Below are positions 20,268 through 29,771 of a DNA stretch of 64,000 nt, one piece after another. The DNA is from Pontiella sp. GTDB lineage: Bacteria > Verrucomicrobiota > Kiritimatiellia > Kiritimatiellales > Pontiellaceae. Made by a program: the position numbers and the translations under genes. Numbering within the stretch: position 1 is the first letter of the stretch; every line of letters starts with the position of its first letter. The notes under the pieces were generated by a model that searched no databases, was not told the origin of the DNA, and saw nothing but the letters and a program-made list of their open reading frames with translations. The stretch covers positions 96,001 to 160,000 of the forward strand of contig JBNKHE010000004.1 in assembly GCA_050290185.1 (NCBI GenBank), written 5' to 3'.

Positions 20268-21266
20268 CTAGCGAAAAGGTTTGATAATCTGAAGTTTTTG
20301 GAATGTTTCGCGGACAGCGGTTTCGCTTTCTTCGAGGAAGAGAAGTTTGATATTGGGACCGGCGTCGATGGTGAGGTAGACCTCAAGGCCGTCGGCACGG
20401 ACGCGCTGGACCTTATGGATCATGGCAATCGATTCGGGTTGGAGGTAAATCAACGGCGGCCAGGCGGACATCATGGTGGCATGCATCGAGAGGGCATTGC
20501 GTTCGGCGGTTTGACCGAGCATCGAAAAATCCCGCACTTCGATGGAGCGGCGGATGATATCAAGGTCGGCATTCGCCTGCACAGGCCAGCTTTGATAGAG
20601 CTCGGACGTCTCGACGGTGCGGTTCATGCCATCGCGCGAGCCGACTGGTTTTTCGGCGGAAGACAGCTCTAGAACGCCGATCCGGAATTCAGGCCATGCA
20701 TGGGTCAACCGCTCGGCAAAGGAGTCGGTGCCATCGGCATTCGTTCCGGCATGCCACTGCACGAAACCCTCGTAGACCGAGCGCGAGGCACTGCCGCTGC
20801 CGAGCCGCGCCAGCATGGAAAGTCGCTTTTTATCCAGTCCCCATCCCGCCCAATCATCCAGCGCCATCACCAACGCCGCGAAGCCGGAAGCCGATGACGC
20901 CAGGCCGGCGGCCGTTGGAATATTGTTTTCCGTTCGAACCTCAAAACCACCATGGCCCAGCATCGGGCGAAACAGGTCGAGGAAGGTGGAAATGCGTTGG
21001 GAAAATGAGCTGTTGGGATCCTGCATTTTTCCGTTCAAGAAAACGCGATCAACGCCTTCACACACTGAAATTTCCGTCTGCGTTCCAAGGATCCCGAGCG
21101 AGACGGATAGACTGGAATTGACGGGAAGATTGAGCGCGGCATCGCGCTTGCCCCAGTATTTGCAGAGGGCAATGTTGGATGGAGCAAAGGCCGATCCCTG
21201 CTCTTTTGCTCGGGTTTTTGCGCCTGCGAGAATATTTTCCACAAATTGGGATTGTATGTCGTCCAT
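20268..21266 (-). CDS. mvaD: Diphosphomevalonate decarboxylase
   Basis: APSNIALCKYWGK, PTAAGLASSASGFAAL (GHMP motif), ARLGSGSASRS, DAGPN; AAGGA RBS before ATG 21266. Confidence 0.93.
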   Translation of the reverse strand: MDDIQSQFVENILAGAKTRAKEQGSAFAPSNIALCKYWGKRDAALNLPVNSSLSVSLGILGTQTEISVCEGVDRVFLNGKMQDPNSSFSQRISTFLDLFRPMLGHGGFEVRTENNIPTAAGLASSASGFAALVMALDDWAGWGLDKKRLSMLARLGSGSASRSVYEGFVQWHAGTNADGTDSFAERLTHAWPEFRIGVLELSSAEKPVGSRDGMNRTVETSELYQSWPVQANADLDIIRRSIEVRDFSMLGQTAERNALSMHATMMSAWPPLIYLQPESIAMIHKVQRVRADGLEVYLTIDAGPNIKLLFLEESETAVRETFQKLQIIKPFR

Positions 21267-21311
21267 GAATTCCTTGTGATGCCAAATCTTTAGCAATTGG
21301 TACAACGTCAC

Positions 21312-22418
21312 ATGAAGAAAATCAACGTCCTAGTCATCGCCTCCGTTCTCATCGCCGTCCACGTGTTGGTCTTTATCGCTGTCATCGGGTCGAAACCCAA
21401 TGAAAAGCAGGCAGTTGCACCGATCGCCACGTCCACTCCTGCGCAAGCCCCGCCGGTTTCCAAAGAATTTCAGGTGCCCGAGTTGGACCTTCCGGTTCCC
21501 GTAGCATCCGCGCCGGCGACCGCGAAGCCTGCCGTACCCACCGTAAAACCGGTGGACTCGATTGCCGTCCCCGACCACCGAGAGGGATACATGCGGAACG
21601 ACCGCCCCGATCGCCGCACCTCCAAGGTCTACAACAAGCTGGTTGGCGATCCGTATCAGGGCGCCATAGTGATCGATGCGCATACCGGCAAGATCCTGTA
21701 TGAACGCCGTGCGTCCACCTATGCCTACCCGGCCAGCGTCACCAAGCTCATGACCCTGCTGATCGTGCTCGAACAGATCGAAGCGGGAAAGATCAGCCTG
21801 AATGATCGCGTGGCCATCACCGACGAAATCGCGGGCATAGGGGGGTCTGGCGTCTATCTTGATGTTCGCGAGTCGGGGGAATTCACCGTGGATAACATGT
21901 TGCAAGCGATGATGATCCATTCCGCCTGCGATGCGGCCGCGGCCCTGGCAGTACATGTGGCCGGATCCATCGATGGGTTTGTTGACATGATGAACCAGAA
22001 AGCCCGCGAACTGGGCATGAATTCGACGATCTACCACACCCCGCACGGACTGCCCATCACGAAGCAACCCGACATCAGTACCGCCTACGATGTTGCCTTG
22101 CTGAGCCTGGCCGTATTGCGGCATCCTGAAACGCTGCAATACACCAGCACCAAGCTTGCCTGGTTGCCCACAAACAGCCTCCGCAAGGACAAGTTCATGC
22201 TGGCCAACCGCAATGTGCTTGTGGGCAAAGCACCCTACCCCGGATGCGACGGACTGAAAACAGGCTATCATAAAAAGGGCGGCTATTCCCTGGCCGCAAC
22301 GGCCAAGCATGGCGACCAGCGTGTGATCGCCGTAATCCTCGGCGTGCCCGACCGCAACACCCGCACCGACAAGATCCGTGAGTTGCTCGACAAGGGCTTT
22401 GAAGCATTGGCGAAATAG
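21312..22418 (+). CDS. Peptidase S11 low-molecular-mass penicillin-binding protein (D-Ala-D-Ala carboxypeptidase family)
   Basis: PASVTKLMT (SxxK), SACDAA (SxN position), GLKTGY (KTG); N-terminal TM anchor and Pro-rich linker. Confidence 0.92.
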   Translation: MKKINVLVIASVLIAVHVLVFIAVIGSKPNEKQAVAPIATSTPAQAPPVSKEFQVPELDLPVPVASAPATAKPAVPTVKPVDSIAVPDHREGYMRNDRPDRRTSKVYNKLVGDPYQGAIVIDAHTGKILYERRASTYAYPASVTKLMTLLIVLEQIEAGKISLNDRVAITDEIAGIGGSGVYLDVRESGEFTVDNMLQAMMIHSACDAAAALAVHVAGSIDGFVDMMNQKARELGMNSTIYHTPHGLPITKQPDISTAYDVALLSLAVLRHPETLQYTSTKLAWLPTNSLRKDKFMLANRNVLVGKAPYPGCDGLKTGYHKKGGYSLAATAKHGDQRVIAVILGVPDRNTRTDKIRELLDKGFEALAK

Positions 22419-22448
22419 TGGAGTACGACGTCGGCCCGCGGCGGTGCA

Positions 22449-23192
22449 TTAACTGTACGGCTTGATCGGCAGGAACAGGAAACATGCAACTTGAACGGCT
22501 ACGCAAGCCCCGACTCCATATAAACTGCCTTTGAACAAGACATGCCAACGGCGGGTGCCGTCCTGCAAAACCTCCAGCTCATCCACCCACACGACTTCGC
22601 ATGCGCCGTCGCCGGAGTCCGTCCGGGTCAGGCTCGACACGCGAGCGCCCCGGCCGTCTCCGTTATAGGAGACCAGCAGGCCTTTGATTGATACCACGTC
22701 GCCGCGCTTCAATGCCTTGATTCGCTTTGCGAGATCGGGATCGGCGCAGAGCAGGTGGTTGTTCGATACCTTGTCCGGATTCATCTGGTCGAAGGCCGCC
22801 CGATCCCTGGTTTCAAAAAAAAGCCGGACACCATTGGTCCAGAATTTAAACTTACGGTAGATCTCCGGCTTCAGGTTGTCTCCCCAGATCAGGCCGGCGT
22901 CCTTGATATTGAGCGAATCCTTGTAGTATTCAGACAGCGCTTTGCTGAATCCGCAGGACACGACCATTCCTGTAATCCGGTAGTAACGCAACGGTGTTAC
23001 CGTGTATTGATATCCGCCAACCTCTACATGGAATGGCGGCCGCGCTGTAGGTTGCTGCAACGGATCCAAGCGGGTTGCGCTATCAAAATTTTCATAAGCG
23101 GGCAGTTGCCGGGCCTTCATATAGCCCAACACGCTCAATGCGGTGAATGCCACGAAGATCAATCGCCCCGGATGTTTCATCATGCCCCGCAA
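22449..23192 (-). CDS. Hypothetical membrane-anchored protein
   Basis: 247-aa ORF with N- and C-terminal hydrophobic segments, 18 bp downstream of the CII-like gene. Confidence 0.7.
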   Translation of the reverse strand: MRGMMKHPGRLIFVAFTALSVLGYMKARQLPAYENFDSATRLDPLQQPTARPPFHVEVGGYQYTVTPLRYYRITGMVVSCGFSKALSEYYKDSLNIKDAGLIWGDNLKPEIYRKFKFWTNGVRLFFETRDRAAFDQMNPDKVSNNHLLCADPDLAKRIKALKRGDVVSIKGLLVSYNGDGRGARVSSLTRTDSGDGACEVVWVDELEVLQDGTRRWHVLFKGSLYGVGACVAVQVACFLFLPIKPYS

Positions 23193-23210
23193 CCCGCCGC
23201 GACCCGGCTT

Positions 23211-23663
23211 TTACTCGTAAATCCCTTTTTCGCAGGAGGAGACAAAACTTTCGGCGGAAGACTTCAGTTTTTCCCATTCGACCCGGATACTCTGTGCTTC
23301 TTTGCGATCGATAACCCCATCGTTCTCGATACTCTCCGTGAGGACATCAAGCAGATCCGAAAACTCACGTACAATCCGGCGGGTCATGTGCAGCAAGGGG
23401 ATCGCATCAATGTCCTCCTCCGGAACGTTGGGCACATAGTAGCCATCCGCCTTTTGACACAGCCATTGCACCGGCCCTTTGTCATGCGTCAGCTCATAGA
23501 TGCGGGCCACCCGGTCGAGCGGGTTCTCAGCCCCGCTGGCATCTTCGCTGTCGGAAGGTTGACACCATTTGTAGATAAGTGACGTGGAGAGCCCCAGATC
23601 CGACGCCACTGATTTCACGCCCAGATCACTGACCGACTTCTTGAGTACTTCATATGAGTCCAT
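23211..23663 (-). CDS. Phage regulatory CII-like (HTH) protein
   Basis: N-terminal HTH VKSVASDLGLSTSLIYKW, NPLDRV, and C-terminal EFSDLL...IENDGVID..EA..I..E pattern typical of P2/186 CII-family proteins. Confidence 0.7.
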   Translation of the reverse strand: MDSYEVLKKSVSDLGVKSVASDLGLSTSLIYKWCQPSDSEDASGAENPLDRVARIYELTHDKGPVQWLCQKADGYYVPNVPEEDIDAIPLLHMTRRIVREFSDLLDVLTESIENDGVIDRKEAQSIRVEWEKLKSSAESFVSSCEKGIYE

Positions 23664-23800
23664 GTTAAATCCCCTTTCAAAACACCTTTATAAATAATGC
23701 CCATTTTTGCGCCTATTGCAAACCTGGACGCAAATTATAGCCCGGATTTGTTCCGGTATTTCCACCCCGGGCAAAACCCGACAATCCTCTTCCGGCAGAC

Positions 23801-23829
23801 TTGACCTGATGGAGGTTCGTGCGTAATGT
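23801..23829 (+). promoter_or_regulatory. Putative sigma-70 promoter of tig
   Basis: TTGACC-N17-TAATGT. Confidence 0.45.
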
Positions 23830-23877
23830 TTCCGCCTTTTCCCCCAAATGGGTCTAAACACAGGAGATAAACGATTT

Positions 23878-25173
23878 ATGAATGTTTCAGTTAAGGATGC
23901 CGGCACTTGCCGCAAGACCATGACCATTGAGATCCCAGCCGATAAAATCGCCGAAGAGCGCGAAGAAACGCTGAAGGCATATGCTAAATACGCCAATATC
24001 CCCGGATTCCGCAAGGGCAAGGCCCCTAAACACGTAGTCGCCAAGAAATATGCCAGCGACATCGACCAGGAAATCCAGGATCGGATGCTACCCAAGTATT
24101 ACCATGAAGCCCTGCAGGAAACCGAACTCAAGGTCGTCAACGTAGTCGACGCCACCGAAGTGAAACTGGAAGAAGACCAGCCGATTTCCTTCGATGTCAC
24201 TGTGGATGTCGAACCCGAATTCAAATTGCCCAAATATGCTGACATCCCAGTGAAGGACGAAAAGGTTGAAGTCACCGATGCGCAGGTTCAGGAACAGGTC
24301 GATGCCATCCTCAACCAGCATGCCAACTATGAAGATGTCGAAGGCAAGACCGTTGCCGCCGGAGACATGGCCCAGTTGACCTACGAAGCCACGGTTGACG
24401 GGAAACCGCTGCAGGAAGCCATTCCCGAGTCTAAGGGCATCGGATCGGGCTCCGGCTACTGGGTTTCCGCTGATGAATTCGCCTTTATTCCAGGCATGGG
24501 TGACGCCATCATCGGCCTGAAGTCGGGAGATAAAAAGGAAGTCGAGGTCACCTTCCCGGACACCTTCATGGTGAAAGAACTCTCCGGAGTCAAGGCCGCC
24601 TACAGCATTGAAGTCACCGGGGTTCGCGAACGCCGCCTGCCGGCGATCGACGAGGAATTCTGCCAGAAGCTTCAGGTGGAGTCGGAAGATGATCTGCGCG
24701 CCAAGATTCGTGAGCAGCTTGAAGTTCAGGCTGAAAATGCGACATTGAACAAGAAGCATGAGCAGATTGTCGAATTCCTTATCAAAAAGACAAAGATCGA
24801 AGTGCCTGACAGCGTGGTCCAGCAACAGGCCCGCAATATCATGTATGATATCGCACAGCGCCGCATGATGGCTGGACAGACTCAGGAACAGATTGCTGAG
24901 CAACAGGGCGAAATCCTGCAGGAAGCGCAGGAGCGCGCCGTTGAGAACGTGAAGCTCCGCTACATTGGCCTGGGAATTGCTACTGAACTTGGACTGGAAG
25001 CCACAGGAAACGAGATCGACGAAGAAATCGCGACGATGGCCATCCGCCAGCGGAAGGACGCACGTGAGCTCCGCAAGGAAATGGAGCAAAACGACTCTCT
25101 GGACAGCGTAGGCGAGCAGATCCGTTTCAACAAGGCACTCGACTACATGGTCGAAAATGCCAAGATCAAGTAG
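23878..25173 (+). CDS. tig: Trigger factor
   Basis: IPGFRKGKAP ribosome-binding motif; upstream of clpP-clpX. Confidence 0.95.
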   Translation: MNVSVKDAGTCRKTMTIEIPADKIAEEREETLKAYAKYANIPGFRKGKAPKHVVAKKYASDIDQEIQDRMLPKYYHEALQETELKVVNVVDATEVKLEEDQPISFDVTVDVEPEFKLPKYADIPVKDEKVEVTDAQVQEQVDAILNQHANYEDVEGKTVAAGDMAQLTYEATVDGKPLQEAIPESKGIGSGSGYWVSADEFAFIPGMGDAIIGLKSGDKKEVEVTFPDTFMVKELSGVKAAYSIEVTGVRERRLPAIDEEFCQKLQVESEDDLRAKIREQLEVQAENATLNKKHEQIVEFLIKKTKIEVPDSVVQQQARNIMYDIAQRRMMAGQTQEQIAEQQGEILQEAQERAVENVKLRYIGLGIATELGLEATGNEIDEEIATMAIRQRKDARELRKEMEQNDSLDSVGEQIRFNKALDYMVENAKIK

Positions 25174-25196
25174 GCTTCCGGTGGAGCCGCAAGGCA

Positions 25197-25263
25197 GGAT
25201 GTATGGATTATTGGATTGATGGGAAGCCCTGTTGATTCAATAATCCAGCAATCCATTAATCCA
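25197..25263. repeat. 8-bp tandem units in inverted arms between tig and clpP
   Basis: GGATGTAT GGATTATT GGATTGAT ... CAATAATC CAGCAATC CATTAATC CA. Confidence 0.75.
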
Positions 25264-25277
25264 AAGAAGGAAGTGTA

Positions 25278-25877
25278 ATGAACGAAAAGGCACAAATGCT
25301 CGTACCGATTGTTGTTGAGCAGACCGGACGCGGAGAGCGTTCCTACGACATCTATTCCCGGCTCCTCAAAGAGCGCATCATCTTTCTAGGCACCCAGATT
25401 GACGACACGGTCGCAAACTTGGTGATCGCACAGCTACTCTTTCTCCAGAGCGAAGATCCTGAGAAGGACATCAGCCTGTACATCAATTCTCCGGGCGGAG
25501 TGGTTACAGCCGGCCTGGCCATCTACGACACCATGCAGTTCCTGAAGTGCGACATCACCACCTACTGCGTGGGACAGGCCGCGAGCATGGGTGCCGTACT
25601 GCTGGCCGCCGGATCCAAGGGGAAGCGCTATGCCCTGCCCAACGCACGCATCATGATCCACCAACCGCTTGGCGGGGCCCAGGGCCAGGCCAGCGACATC
25701 AATATCCAGGCGCAGGAAATCATGCGCATCAAAAAGATTCTCAACGAAATCCTGGCCAGCCACTCCGGTCGGAACCTCGAAGATTTGGAAAAGGACACCG
25801 ACCGCGACAACTTCATGTCCGCGATACAGGCGGTGCAGTACGGATTGATCGACGAGGTTGTAACGCACGCAAAATAA
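25278..25877 (+). CDS. clpP: ATP-dependent Clp protease proteolytic subunit
   Basis: [36 protein letters not shown]. Confidence 0.98.
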   Translation: MNEKAQMLVPIVVEQTGRGERSYDIYSRLLKERIIFLGTQIDDTVANLVIAQLLFLQSEDPEKDISLYINSPGGVVTAGLAIYDTMQFLKCDITTYCVGQAASMGAVLLAAGSKGKRYALPNARIMIHQPLGGAQGQASDINIQAQEIMRIKKILNEILASHSGRNLEDLEKDTDRDNFMSAIQAVQYGLIDEVVTHAK

Positions 25878-25888
25878 AAGGATGACCT

Positions 25889-27148
25889 ATGGCGGATAAG
25901 CATAATCCACCGGAATGCTCTTTCTGTGGAAAGAGCGAAAAAGAAGTCAAGCGGCTCATTGCCGGCCCTGGCGTATTCATCTGCGATGAGTGTGTTGGCC
26001 TGTGTGATGCCCTGCTGGGCCACCAGATGACGGAACGTGACGATGAGCCGGCGACCTCGCAGGAGATCGGGGTGCTCAGCCCGCATGAGTTGAAACTCAA
26101 GCTGGATGACTATGTCGTGGGTCAGGAGTCCGCCAAGAAGGTTCTGGCGGTCGCCGTGCATAACCACTACAAGCGCATGTTCTCCAAGCTGGATGAGGAC
26201 GGCGTTGAAATCGACAAAAGCAATGTCCTGCTTATCGGCCCGACCGGAAGCGGTAAAACCTTGCTGGCCAAAACGCTTGCCCGTTCGCTTAACATCCCCT
26301 ATGCCATCACCGACGCCACCACGGTAACCGAAGCCGGCTACGTGGGCGAAGACGTGGAAAACATTCTCCTTCAGCTCATCCAGGCGGCCGATTATGATGT
26401 CGAACGCGCCCAGCGCGGCATCATCTATATTGACGAGATCGACAAGATCGGCCGGCGCACGGATAATGTGTCGCTTACGCGCGACGTTTCCGGCGAAGGA
26501 GTACAGCAGGCCCTGCTCAAGATCATCGAGGGTACCGTGGCCCGCGTTCCTCCGAAGGGCGGCCGCAAGCACCCGCAGCAGGAATACCTCGAAATCGACA
26601 CCTCCAACATCCTCTTTATCTGCGGCGGCGCATTCGTGGGTATGGACGACATTATCAAGCAGCGCGTCGACAAGAAAAGTATTGGATTCGCCACCCCGGA
26701 AAAAGCAGAGCAGTCCCCGAACTTTGTTTCCATGAATGTCGAACCCGAAGACCTTCTCCGGTTTGGATTGATTCCCGAATTCATCGGGCGGATCCCGGTC
26801 GTAACCATGCTGGAAGAACTCAATGAAGACGAGCTGGTACGCATCCTGACCGAACCTAGAAACGCCATCGTCAAGCAATATAAAAAGCTCCTGGCCATGG
26901 ATGGTGTTGAACTCGAGTTTGAGGATGATGCACTGCGAGGTCTGGCCCGCATGGCGATCAAGCACAAAACAGGCGCCCGCGGTCTGCGCGCCATTATTGA
27001 ACACCTGATGCTCGACGTCATGTATGAAATCCCCATGCGCAATGATGTGACTCACTGCACCATTACACGCGATATGGTCGAGCACGGGCTCCATCCTCTG
27101 GAGGGCCTGAAGGTGGTCGAGTCGGATGAGCAGAAAAAAACGGCTTAA
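25889..27148 (+). CDS. clpX: ATP-dependent Clp protease ATP-binding subunit
   Basis: CSFCGK zinc finger, [32 protein letters not shown] loop. Confidence 0.98.
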   Translation: MADKHNPPECSFCGKSEKEVKRLIAGPGVFICDECVGLCDALLGHQMTERDDEPATSQEIGVLSPHELKLKLDDYVVGQESAKKVLAVAVHNHYKRMFSKLDEDGVEIDKSNVLLIGPTGSGKTLLAKTLARSLNIPYAITDATTVTEAGYVGEDVENILLQLIQAADYDVERAQRGIIYIDEIDKIGRRTDNVSLTRDVSGEGVQQALLKIIEGTVARVPPKGGRKHPQQEYLEIDTSNILFICGGAFVGMDDIIKQRVDKKSIGFATPEKAEQSPNFVSMNVEPEDLLRFGLIPEFIGRIPVVTMLEELNEDELVRILTEPRNAIVKQYKKLLAMDGVELEFEDDALRGLARMAIKHKTGARGLRAIIEHLMLDVMYEIPMRNDVTHCTITRDMVEHGLHPLEGLKVVESDEQKKTA

Positions 27149-27173
27149 TACACACCGGTACACGGTAAAAAGG

Positions 27174-27204
27174 AAAGCCTCGGATACACCGGGGCTTTTT
27201 TTTT
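27174..27204 (+). terminator. Intrinsic terminator after clpX
   Basis: AAAGCCTCGG-ATACA-CCGGGGCTTT followed by a long T run. Confidence 0.8.
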
Positions 27205-27302
27205 GCAACAGTTGAAAGTAAATATGGTCTATTGCTGTGCTCTCTACCTGATTATGATGATTACCATGTTGCGGTGCAGGTGAATATACAAGTGGACCAA
27301 CT

Positions 27303-28067
27303 ATGAAACGAAGACCTTTTATCACAGCGCTCCTGTCTCTCCCGCTAGCCAGCCGCCTGTCCATTGCGGACGACGTGCAGGAACCGGCCTTTCAGCCCGG
27401 GGAAAAACTCAACTACAGTCTCGGCTGGCAGTTTATCGTCGCGGGCCACGCTACTCTTCAAGTGCATCCCGACGCGGAGCTGGATGGGCGCAAGGTGCGC
27501 AAATTCAGCATGACCGCCCGAACCACAAGTGTTGTTGACCACCTCTACAAGGTCCGGGATTCACTGACCTCAATCTCCGAGTACGACGTCAGCCGGTCCC
27601 TGGCCTTCAAGAAGATTCAGCGGGAAGGCGATGAGAGGCGCAATGAGACCGTCCATTTCGATTGGGAAAAGTACGAAGCCCGCTACCATGATGCGCTCAG
27701 TGACAAACGGAAAACCACGCCGATTCTGGACAACACGCTCGACCCCCTCTCGGCGTTCTATTTCATCCGCAACCAGACCTTTGATGTCGGCTCCGTGATC
27801 AAGGGACCGATGACTGACGGGAAACATTGCAAGATAGCCCAAATCAAGGTGATCAAAAGAGAAAAGATCAAGGTGAACGGAAAGAAGTATGACACGTTCA
27901 TGCTGGTTCCGGATATCAAGGATGTGGGCGGCGTCTTTAAGAAAAGCAAGGACGCCAATATGACCATATGGTGCACAGCCGACCACCGCCACATTCCCGT
28001 GCTGCTCAAGAGCAAGGTGCTTGTCGGAAGCTTCAGAGCCGAACTGGAAAGCATCGAATCGGCCTAA
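27303..28067 (+). CDS. DUF3108-domain exported protein
   Basis: GEKLNYSLGW..AGHATL, YKVRD, TLDPLSAFYFIR, IW.TAD..HIPV. Confidence 0.8.
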   Translation: MKRRPFITALLSLPLASRLSIADDVQEPAFQPGEKLNYSLGWQFIVAGHATLQVHPDAELDGRKVRKFSMTARTTSVVDHLYKVRDSLTSISEYDVSRSLAFKKIQREGDERRNETVHFDWEKYEARYHDALSDKRKTTPILDNTLDPLSAFYFIRNQTFDVGSVIKGPMTDGKHCKIAQIKVIKREKIKVNGKKYDTFMLVPDIKDVGGVFKKSKDANMTIWCTADHRHIPVLLKSKVLVGSFRAELESIESA

Positions 28068-28086
28068 ACAAGCCGAGGCCCTTCCC

Positions 28087-29694
28087 CTATTCCGTCCGGT
28101 CCAGGACAACGTAGGTGGGCAACCCCTGCACGTCAAAATATTCCCTGACGGCCTGGGTTTCTGGATTGCCGGGATCTTCGGCCACATATTTAATCACGGT
28201 ATAGTCTGCCAGTCGCGCTTTGACCATCCCGTCCTTGAAGGTCGTCTTATCCATGGCTTGGCAGTTCTTGCACCAGCTGGCCCAGAAATCGATAAAGATG
28301 GGTTTGCCACTTGCCTTCGCCTTCAGAATGGCATCAGCGAAGCCCTCATTCGTCGCTCCGTTGATTACCAGATGGCCTTCCGCATTTTCCGTACCGCCCA
28401 CCTCCGCCGGCCGGAAAGCCCGGTAGCTTAAGTGTCCATAATAGATCGAAAATAAGATAATCCCCACGCCGAAACCGTACTTGATGTAGGTCATCCATTT
28501 GCCCGGTTTGGGTAGAAAAGACAAACCCGCACCGGCGAAGGGCCATGGAAGTGCCATGCCGAAGCCCAGCACAAACGGCAAAAGCAAACCGGCAATCGCG
28601 TTGGCTTCGTAGATATTGGTGGCCAGCAGCAAGACGGCAATCACCACCGGTGCCACACAGGCACCGGCCAGCAGGGCCGCCACGGAACCCATTGAAATGG
28701 CCAGGATAAAGCTGCCCGGCTTTTGCGGCCCTCCGCCGAGTTTCGATTGGAACCGGGAAAAATCGATATGAACGATGTCGAACATGGCCAACGCCAGCAC
28801 GGCGAAGATCAACGCGATGATCAGATTGAACCATGGATTTGCCTGTATGGTCCCGAACTGCGAACCCGTGAGGACCACAACCGCACCCAGCAGGCCATAC
28901 ACCAGAGCAATCCCCAATCCATAGGTGGCCCCCAACGCGAATCCCCGCCCCTTCGAGCCAGCCTGTGCACCGGCGCCAATGATAGCCAGATTGACGGGAA
29001 TCATCGGCAATACACAAGGGGTCAAATTCAGGGCCAAGCCCCCGACAAGAATGAAAAGGATGGTCAGCAGGAGGCCGGACTCGCGCACAAAGGCCACCGG
29101 ATCCGTCAGGAAGAGATGGAACGCCCCCGGATTTTTGATTTCCAAGCCGGTTTCCGCTGCATCCAGAAATTCAAGAAATGCATCCGAACGCTTGGAACCC
29201 ACCCCAACGCCCTTGATTACGTACCCGTCCAGTGCACGCTGCCAATCATTCTGTTCCGGCGTGACGGTTGGCTTCCCTTCCGCGGGGGTCTCTGAGCCGG
29301 AGGAAATTAATTCAATGACCTTGGTCTGAGGGATAAAGCAAACCGAGTCGTTGCACCCCCAATACTGAATATGAATAGCCGCTTCCCCACCTTCCCGAGG
29401 CACCCAGGCGAACACGGCTTTGAACGAGGTGTCATACACCGGTTTCGGATGGCCGGTATTCGGATCGGTAACGGAAGTTGTTTCGGGCAATTCGATCGCA
29501 GTCTGTTCATTGCCCAGCGAATCGGTAACCTTGAATTGGCCGGCGTAGAGGTAGTGTTTGTCCGGAACGGTAACATCCAAGTGTATTTCATTGCCCTCCA
29601 ACCGGGCGTCGACAACAAAAGGATCGCCAAATTGTGCCCATGCCGAAAAGGCGAAGGCAACCAGCAGTAAAAAAATAAAAGCGATCTTTCTCAT
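28087..29694 (-). CDS. dsbD: Thiol:disulfide interchange protein DsbD
   Basis: N-domain GCNDSVCFIP, TM domain LTPCVLPMIP and ACVAP, C-terminal thioredoxin WCKNC. Confidence 0.9.
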   Translation of the reverse strand: MRKIAFIFLLLVAFAFSAWAQFGDPFVVDARLEGNEIHLDVTVPDKHYLYAGQFKVTDSLGNEQTAIELPETTSVTDPNTGHPKPVYDTSFKAVFAWVPREGGEAAIHIQYWGCNDSVCFIPQTKVIELISSGSETPAEGKPTVTPEQNDWQRALDGYVIKGVGVGSKRSDAFLEFLDAAETGLEIKNPGAFHLFLTDPVAFVRESGLLLTILFILVGGLALNLTPCVLPMIPVNLAIIGAGAQAGSKGRGFALGATYGLGIALVYGLLGAVVVLTGSQFGTIQANPWFNLIIALIFAVLALAMFDIVHIDFSRFQSKLGGGPQKPGSFILAISMGSVAALLAGACVAPVVIAVLLLATNIYEANAIAGLLLPFVLGFGMALPWPFAGAGLSFLPKPGKWMTYIKYGFGVGIILFSIYYGHLSYRAFRPAEVGGTENAEGHLVINGATNEGFADAILKAKASGKPIFIDFWASWCKNCQAMDKTTFKDGMVKARLADYTVIKYVAEDPGNPETQAVREYFDVQGLPTYVVLDRTE

Positions 29695-29771
29695 GTCGGG
29701 ATTCCTTGGTTAGTGTTTCCTTCGACATAAGGAAGACTCTATAGTTCATCTGCTTCCGGGTAAAAATAAAT

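Noticed and set aside
23211..23877. Prophage remnant or tRNA integration site beside tig
   Set aside because: No integrase, att-like direct repeat, tRNA cloverleaf or other phage genes are visible.
25628..27364. 578-aa minus-strand ORF
   Set aside because: Antisense shadow of clpP-clpX.
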